Source: Candidatus Microgenomates bacterium (GTDB lineage: Bacteria > Patescibacteriota > Microgenomatia > UBA8517). Taken from it: a DNA stretch of 64,000 bases. The notes under the pieces are model-generated. The model did no database searches. It saw nothing but the letters and a program-made list of their open reading frames with translations, and was not told where the DNA came from. The stretch is taken from NCBI GenBank assembly GCA_049519355.1, contig JBEKQV010000002.1:131479-195478 (forward strand). The letters are read 5' to 3'. The position numbers and the translations under genes were made by a program. Below are positions 57,929 through 64,000 of this stretch, one piece after another. Numbering within the stretch: the first letter of the stretch is position 1; every line of letters starts with the position of its first letter.

Positions 57929-59791
57929 ATGTGCGGAATTGCCGGAATTGCTTACTTCAAAAAAGACAAGGAGGTTCATCGTGAAGAGCTAAAATTGATG
58001 GCATCAAAAATCGTTCACCGTGGTCCGGACGATGAAGGAATTTTTATTTCAAAAAATAAAAGCGTCGGGTTCGCTTCAAAACGTTTAGCAATAATCGATC
58101 TTTCTCAAAAAGGTCACCAGCCGATGACTTATTTAAACCGCTATACAATTACCTTCAACGGCGAAATATATAACTTTCAGGAAGAAAGGCAAAAACTAAT
58201 CGGTCTCGGTTATAAATTTAATTCAGAAAGTGATACGGAAGTGGTTCTGGCTCTATATTCGAAATACCATAAAAAATGTCTGGACCATCTTAGAGGAATG
58301 TTTGCATTTGCAATTTATGACGAAGTTGAAAATACGATTTTTTTGGCCAGGGACCGGATCGGAAAAAAACCTCTTAAATACTTGCTTGACGATACAAAAA
58401 TAATTTTTGCATCGGAGCTGAAAGCAATTTTGACCCAAGTCGGGGTAAAAAAGAAAGTGGATTATGAAGCAATTAACCTCTACTTAAATTATGGATATAC
58501 CCCAGCCCCAATGACTGGATTTGAGGGAATAAAAAAACTCGAACCCGCTAACTATATCTTCATCAATCTTAGAAACAAAAGTGTTGAAAAGAAAAGGTAT
58601 TGGGAACCTGTTTTTAAAAATAAACTTCACTTATCAGAAAAGGAATGGTGCACAAGAATACTGGACACACTCGAAGAAGCTACGAGAATCAGAATGATTT
58701 CGGACGTTCCGGTAGGCGCGTTCCTTTCGGGTGGCGTTGATAGTAGCGGCGTTGTAGCAGCTATGGCTAGGCTCTCGGATAAACCCGTAAAAACATTTAC
58801 AATCGGCTTTAGTGATAAAGATTTCGATGAATCACAATATGCCGCAAACATCGCGAAAAAATATAAAACTGACCATCACGTTTTAATTGCCAAACCCCAA
58901 TCCACAGAAATTCTTCCTTTCTTGGCAAAACAGTATGAAGAACCCTTTGCAGATGCCAGTAACGTTGTAACCTATATGGTCTCCAAAATGACTAGAAAAT
59001 ATGTAACAGTAGCCCTAAACGGCGACGGAGGGGACGAAAATTTTGCAGGGTACCCAAACAGATACATGAGGTTAAGACGCGATGTAGATTATGATTTCTG
59101 GATACAAAGTATCAGACCTGTTGCCGCAGAACTCCTTAAATCGTTCCCCAAAGCCAAAAACTTTTTCGAAAAGGCAAAGCTTCCTTTATATAGCAGGTTC
59201 GCCTCATACAACAAAATATTTAGTCCCGAAGAGCTAATGAACCATACTAAGGGAAAGGTTTTGGAGTTCGCCAATACAGTAGATGCTTATGAAATTGTTG
59301 ATAGGTGTTTCAGAATGTTTAACGGGAAAGATTTGAAAGATGCAGGGTTAAAATTTGATCTTCTTTACTTCCTTCCGGATCAACTGTTAACAAAAGTGGA
59401 TATTGCTTCGATGGCGGTTTCTTTGGAAGCACGTTCTCCACTTCTGGATCAAAATATGATCGAGCTGGCATGTAAGATACCCTTCAACCTTAAGGTTAAA
59501 AACGGAGAATCTAAATATATTTTGAAAAAGGCGTTCGAGAAAATCGTTCCGAAAGAAAATTTATATAGACCCAAAATGGGTTTTACAATTCCTCTTAGTG
59601 AATGGTTTTCGGTAAAACTTAACTCCTATGCAAAAAACCTACTTATCAATAAAAATTCACAAATAAAAGAAATGTTCGATATGGAATATGTCAAAGGGAT
59701 AATTGAAGATAATAACCGAAGAGAAGATTTTGGTCCGCGCCTCTGGGCTTTAATGTGTCTTGAACTTTGGCTTCAAAGTTATTTCACCTAA
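57929..59791 (+). CDS. asnB: Asparagine synthase (glutamine-hydrolysing)-family amidotransferase
   Basis: MCGIAG Ntn Cys, HRGPD, RLAIID, FNGEIYN, FLSGGVDSS, GDGGDE, EARSP. Confidence 0.95.
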   Translation: MCGIAGIAYFKKDKEVHREELKLMASKIVHRGPDDEGIFISKNKSVGFASKRLAIIDLSQKGHQPMTYLNRYTITFNGEIYNFQEERQKLIGLGYKFNSESDTEVVLALYSKYHKKCLDHLRGMFAFAIYDEVENTIFLARDRIGKKPLKYLLDDTKIIFASELKAILTQVGVKKKVDYEAINLYLNYGYTPAPMTGFEGIKKLEPANYIFINLRNKSVEKKRYWEPVFKNKLHLSEKEWCTRILDTLEEATRIRMISDVPVGAFLSGGVDSSGVVAAMARLSDKPVKTFTIGFSDKDFDESQYAANIAKKYKTDHHVLIAKPQSTEILPFLAKQYEEPFADASNVVTYMVSKMTRKYVTVALNGDGGDENFAGYPNRYMRLRRDVDYDFWIQSIRPVAAELLKSFPKAKNFFEKAKLPLYSRFASYNKIFSPEELMNHTKGKVLEFANTVDAYEIVDRCFRMFNGKDLKDAGLKFDLLYFLPDQLLTKVDIASMAVSLEARSPLLDQNMIELACKIPFNLKVKNGESKYILKKAFEKIVPKENLYRPKMGFTIPLSEWFSVKLNSYAKNLLINKNSQIKEMFDMEYVKGIIEDNNRREDFGPRLWALMCLELWLQSYFT

Positions 59792-61349
59792 CTCCGTTAA
59801 CACAACCATTTACAACTCCTGGTTTGGCATACACGTAAGCCAGATCAACACCACTCGGACTAAAGGTATAAGTCGGCAAATTTTTGGTAACGAAATTATC
59901 AAGTTCAGGGTCTTTTTTCAACTGAATATAGTAAGACTCGACAATAAACAATTTCTGGTTTTTCCAATCTTCATTAAAGGCATAAGGATAATAGTAAGGG
60001 ATTGTAGACGACCCACAACCGAGGGCAGCAATTAAATGAATTTCAGGAAAACACCTTAACACATAGTCAACCCCTCCTTTCGAACCTTCACAAAGCCCTA
60101 CTAAATCATAATTTCTCGCGTTCGCAGAACCTCCAATGGAAAAATTGTAGTAAAGATCATGATAAGGGAAAAGAGAGATAAATATAAAAACAAACCATGC
60201 AAATATTCCCATTACAACTACTGTTCTTAACCAAAAAGTTTTTATCTTTCCGATAATCCAAATAATTGCATAGGAAGAAAGTGCGTAAATCCATGGCCAA
60301 ATCGGTAATTCGTAACGTACTCCGAGCTTCTTTGCGGAAAAAGATATTGAAGCAAGAAAAAGCAGTATAAAAACAAATATGCTTATCCTATCTTTAAAAC
60401 CATTAGTTTCCTTCTTTGTAAAACAAAGATAAATAAAAATGCTTAAACCAAAAATTACGATCGGTGGAGTTCTGACTAAGAGTTCAAACAGATAGTAGTA
60501 AGCGGGTGGATTATTCGTAAGCTGGCCGAAGAAATAGTTATTTATTCCGTTGCCGACAAGGGTTGTTTCTCTAAAAATATACTCGGGAATCGCGAGCAAA
60601 AAATTATGCCATGAGGCGGGCCAAAATATTGAAATAAAAATGAAGGATAGAAATCCTGTCCACAAAAATTTTGTCAGTTCCCCACCCCACTTCTTGTAAT
60701 TTAAAAATATCTGCAGAAAAAATACCGGGAAAACTATCAATCCGTCAGGTTTTGTCAAAAAAGCCGCTGCAGCAGTGAGAGATGAAATAACAATTGAAAG
60801 TTTCCTGTCCTTAACAAGGAGATATGAAGATAGTGAAACAAAAGTAAAAGCCGTAATAAAAATATCATTCATCACAATCTTAGTATTGGCGGTGAAGACA
60901 GGATCAAACAGCAGTAAAAGAGATGAAAATGATGCAACTTTCCGGTCGGAAATTTTCTTAATAAAAAGGTAATAGGCAACAATAAAAAAGGCTGAAAAAA
61001 TTATTACCGCTCCACGCGCTACAATATAATCCTGAAAAACGTTCCGCGTAACTACACTTTGACCTTTACCCAAATAAATTAAAGGAAATCCGGAGATTAC
61101 GGACAGAGGGATCGCTATTGCTTCGGTATCTGCCCCACTTGTCCACCATGCGGTGTCAAAATACTTGAAGTTTCTGGTCTTGATGGCCAAAGCAGTTTCT
61201 TTTCCGCGGACCATCCATGTAATTTCGTCAGGATAAATAGCTGTTTGACTCAGGTGATATAGCCTTGTTACCAAAAACAGAGTAAAGAGAACAACGATAA
61301 ACAGAATTTCCTTCTTGTGTCTAATAAAATTTTTAATCGACTTTTTCAA
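59784..61349 (-). CDS. GT-C fold glycosyltransferase (GT39/ArnT-like)
   Basis: TRL, YPDE, MND, LTK, RYELP; polytopic; TTG start uncertain. Confidence 0.82.
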   Translation of the reverse strand: MKKSIKNFIRHKKEILFIVVLFTLFLVTRLYHLSQTAIYPDEITWMVRGKETALAIKTRNFKYFDTAWWTSGADTEAIAIPLSVISGFPLIYLGKGQSVVTRNVFQDYIVARGAVIIFSAFFIVAYYLFIKKISDRKVASFSSLLLLFDPVFTANTKIVMNDIFITAFTFVSLSSYLLVKDRKLSIVISSLTAAAAFLTKPDGLIVFPVFFLQIFLNYKKWGGELTKFLWTGFLSFIFISIFWPASWHNFLLAIPEYIFRETTLVGNGINNYFFGQLTNNPPAYYYLFELLVRTPPIVIFGLSIFIYLCFTKKETNGFKDRISIFVFILLFLASISFSAKKLGVRYELPIWPWIYALSSYAIIWIIGKIKTFWLRTVVVMGIFAWFVFIFISLFPYHDLYYNFSIGGSANARNYDLVGLCEGSKGGVDYVLRCFPEIHLIAALGCGSSTIPYYYPYAFNEDWKNQKLFIVESYYIQLKKDPELDNFVTKNLPTYTFSPSGVDLAYVYAKPGVVNGCVNGVR

Positions 61350-62619
61350 ACCAATAATGCTTAATTACAATGTACCATGTATAAATTGCCAGAATTATAT
61401 TTGTAACTGCATAAGTAATTGTTGGTCCATATGGCCCGTACTTCGGGATTAGCACAAAGTTAAGAAAGAATATTGCCGCGATTTGGAAAAATGAATAAAC
61501 CCCGATAAACACTGTCTTTTTCATTGAATAAATAATTGCCGAAACGGGAGGAACGGTAAAAAGAAAAGGAATCTGAGCAGCAGCTAATGCCTGGAAAATA
61601 GGAACTGATGTCCAGTATCTCATCGGGAAAAGAAAATGTATAAAAGGCCCGGCTAGAATAATCCAAAGTACCACCCCTAAAGCAAAAGGAATTGTTGCCA
61701 GGGTAGATTTGATAATGTAGACCTTTTCCTTAGCCCTATCCCCAAACCCGGCAAGGCGCGTTGCCAAAACGGATGAGTAACTACCTCCAAGTACCAATAT
61801 AAAGGTTGCCAACCGTGACGGAATCGAATAAAGCCCCGTCGCAACCGCTCCAACCATCGCAGCAAGCATCGTGATATCTAGTCTTCCCGAAATTGAAGAA
61901 ATGATTCTGTTTACTCCAATCCAACCAGAAAATTTCAAGAGGTTTCTGTATTCGTCCTTGCTGGGCGCAGAACGGATAAAGTCTATCCGCACATAAATAA
62001 AGGTAAAGATTACGTTAACCGCAAATCCAGTCGCAAAAGCCCAGAAAGCGTAAGACATTGTTAACATTCCAGCCAAGTAAAATATAAACACAAAAAGAAG
62101 TCTTGCTATATAAAAGGAGTTGTCATAAATAGTTGAATGCAAAAACTTTCGTTTGGCTTGTAAGATATTCGGGAAAAACATATCGGGAAACCAAAAAATA
62201 GGTAACACCGCAACCCAAATGGCGATAACCGGATTTCTAGTTGCCAAAAGTCTTGAGGCAACAAACGGCGCAAATAGTATTACCAAAACCGAAAGAGCAA
62301 AAACAACCAGGAGACGAATCAAAAATGACGCTTTTATATATTCATCCGCTTTCTGTTTATCCCCTTTGGCTAAGTGTTCTGCAACAAAGTTAACGGAACC
62401 GGATGAAATACCAATATCGGAAAGCGAAGTAAAAATATTAACTAAATTTAAAGCAGCGGAAAAAACACCAAAATCGGCCAAGGAAAAAGACCTTGCAACA
62501 ATCAGAGTAAATAAGAATCCCCAAAAGGCGGATAATGAATTACCTATGAAAAGGATGGTCGTATCCTTAACCGTACCTGAATAAACCCAGGACCTGAACT
62601 TATCGTAATAACTTCCCAC
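61333..62619 (-). CDS. Wzx-type oligosaccharide flippase
   Basis: ARSFSLADFGVF, DIGI, RLDITML, GLYS, LIPKYG; about 12 TM helices. Confidence 0.88.
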   Translation of the reverse strand: MGSYYDKFRSWVYSGTVKDTTILFIGNSLSAFWGFLFTLIVARSFSLADFGVFSAALNLVNIFTSLSDIGISSGSVNFVAEHLAKGDKQKADEYIKASFLIRLLVVFALSVLVILFAPFVASRLLATRNPVIAIWVAVLPIFWFPDMFFPNILQAKRKFLHSTIYDNSFYIARLLFVFIFYLAGMLTMSYAFWAFATGFAVNVIFTFIYVRIDFIRSAPSKDEYRNLLKFSGWIGVNRIISSISGRLDITMLAAMVGAVATGLYSIPSRLATFILVLGGSYSSVLATRLAGFGDRAKEKVYIIKSTLATIPFALGVVLWIILAGPFIHFLFPMRYWTSVPIFQALAAAQIPFLFTVPPVSAIIYSMKKTVFIGVYSFFQIAAIFFLNFVLIPKYGPYGPTITYAVTNIILAIYTWYIVIKHYWFEKVD

Positions 62620-62728
62620 TATAGATAGATTCTAGCTTCAAATTGATTTCTTCACAAGGAGAACGCCTGAAATTTTGCAAGATCCTTTGACTTGATTATG
62701 AAATGATTTTGGGTATCATACATATAGA

Positions 62729-63430
62729 ATGGAAATCGGAAAGCTAACCATAATCATCCCTGCATATAATGAAGAAGAGACCGTAGGAAAAGCAATCAAA
62801 TCTGTTTTGGGTGCCAAAATATCCGGGGTAAGAAAAGAAATTATTGTTATCAACGACGGCTCCACGGATAGAACTTCTTTCGAAATAACATCAAAAAAAT
62901 TCAAAAAAATCCGAGTAATAAACAAAAGAAAAAATGAGGGAAAGGGCGCTGCTATAAGAGATGCTTTAAGAATATCTTCGGGTAATGTAATCATCATTCA
63001 AGATGCGGATTTGGAATATAATCCCCACGAAATTTCCGAATTACTAGAACCTATAAGGAATGACCGTGCCGACGTGGTGTACGGCTCACGGTTTACAGGA
63101 CAAGGCCCTCACAGAGTTTTATTCTTTTGGCACATGGTCGGTAACAAGTTTTTGACTCTTCTTTCAAATGCACTCACCAATCTAAACTTAACCGATATGG
63201 AAACCTGTTACAAAATGTTCACAAAAGACGTGGCGGAAAGACTAAAAATCAAAGAGGATCGATTCGGCTTTGAACCAGAATTTACAATCAAAGTCGCCAA
63301 ACTGAAAGCCAGAGTTTATGAGATGGGGATCAGTTATTCGGGCAGAAACTACGCGGAGGGCAAAAAGATACATTGGCATGATGGAGTAAGGGCTATATAC
63401 TGCTTATTTAAATATTCACTAGAAAGATGA
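62729..63430 (+). CDS. GT2 polyprenol-phosphate glycosyltransferase (DPM-synthase-like)
   Basis: IIPAYNE, NDGSTD, GKGAA, QDADLEY, VYGSRF, TDMETCYK, FGFEPE. Confidence 0.92.
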   Translation: MEIGKLTIIIPAYNEEETVGKAIKSVLGAKISGVRKEIIVINDGSTDRTSFEITSKKFKKIRVINKRKNEGKGAAIRDALRISSGNVIIIQDADLEYNPHEISELLEPIRNDRADVVYGSRFTGQGPHRVLFFWHMVGNKFLTLLSNALTNLNLTDMETCYKMFTKDVAERLKIKEDRFGFEPEFTIKVAKLKARVYEMGISYSGRNYAEGKKIHWHDGVRAIYCLFKYSLER

Positions 63431-64000
63431 AAAGAAGTAAATCACTTTTCGAATCTAAAGAACCGCTTCTGGAAAAACTACTTCAAACAATAAGATTTAA
63501 AAAAGTAGAACCTTTTATTAAAAATGGGTCAAAACTTCTTGATTTGGGTTGTGGGTATAAAGGTGCCTTTTTGAAAAAAGAATATTCCAAAATATCCGAG
63601 GGCAGAGGTTGTGACATTAGCGTGACAAAAAAAAGATTGCCAGGTAATATAAAATTAATCCCCAAAGATTTGGATGGAAATCTAAGGCTCCCACAAAATC
63701 ATTTTGATGTAGTTATCTCCCTAGCTGTAATTGAACATTTGATTAATCCCGGAGCTTTGATTAATCAAGCCTACAAAACATTGAAAAAGGGTGGCCTCTT
63801 AATCTTGGAAACTCCAACACCAAAAGCGCAGACACTACTCGAATTATTAGCATATAAAATACATGTTGTAAGCGAACAGGAAATTAGAGATCATAAAAAT
63901 TATTATTCCGGCAACGATTTACTAAAAATGTTAGAACGGTCAGGTTTTAAAAAGGGCGGTATTAAAATTAAACCATTCGAACTGGGTTTCAATTTATTTG
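63427..64000 (+). CDS. Class I SAM-dependent methyltransferase (runs off the window end)
   Basis: Not in the ORF track. From ATG 63427: MKRSKSLFESKEPLLEK...LLDLGCG...FDVVISLAVIEHL...LKKGG...TP. Confidence 0.88.
   Translation, partial: MKRSKSLFESKEPLLEKLLQTIRFKKVEPFIKNGSKLLDLGCGYKGAFLKKEYSKISEGRGCDISVTKKRLPGNIKLIPKDLDGNLRLPQNHFDVVISLAVIEHLINPGALINQAYKTLKKGGLLILETPTPKAQTLLELLAYKIHVVSEQEIRDHKNYYSGNDLLKMLERSGFKKGGIKIKPFELGFNLF

Noticed and set aside
62620-62728. One of the largest intergenic gaps as a possible tRNA, ncRNA or riboswitch
   Set aside because: No cloverleaf or stable stems; explained by two divergent promoters
1-64000. Alternative genetic code (UGA=Gly) as in Gracilibacteria/Absconditabacteria
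   Set aside because: Genes are full length under code 11, and TGA terminates several (murD, murC, ftsA, recO) at expected positions

Overview
A gene-dense, mostly minus-strand chromosomal window that looks like a Patescibacteria (CPR) genome, most likely Microgenomates. This is inferred from gene content, streamlined proteins and near-zero intergenic space; TGA is used as a stop, so the code is standard code 11. There are three blocks. (1) 1-24.1 kb: ileS (partial) and an expanded dcw cluster (mraZ-rsmH-ftsL-ftsI-murA-yvcK/glmR-[inverted HTH gene]-murE-glmU-like-glmU::HAD-murC-murB-murD-alr-murF-mraY-ftsW-murG-ftsQ-ftsA-ftsZ). (2) 24.1-35.7 kb: glyS, TspO, LCP, msrA/msrB, two stand-alone nucleases, cupin, SRPBCC, a Zur-ZnuACB-type operon with a clear operator, and recO. 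(3) 35.7-64 kb: a surface-glycan locus of at least 28 kb (DUF4012, priming transferase, ManC-like, six GT4, three GT2, six GT-C/ArnT-PMT-like, Wzy/WaaL-like, Wzx, AsnB, an acyltransferase, two methyltransferases). I saw no tRNA, rRNA, CRISPR array or mobile element. The best candidates for something new are: an amino-sugar/UDP-GlcNAc module inside dcw (a GlmU-uridyltransferase::HAD fusion beside an archaeal-type GlmU, GlmR and a Cys-to-Asp MurA); an HTH plus degenerate-GNAT gene sharing a 20-bp bidirectional promoter with murE; window-wide leaderless-type gene starts and terminator-less convergent junctions; parallel deletions in all four Mur ligases; and a GVHH-motif IleRS. All assignments come from motif recognition by eye; no searches were run.
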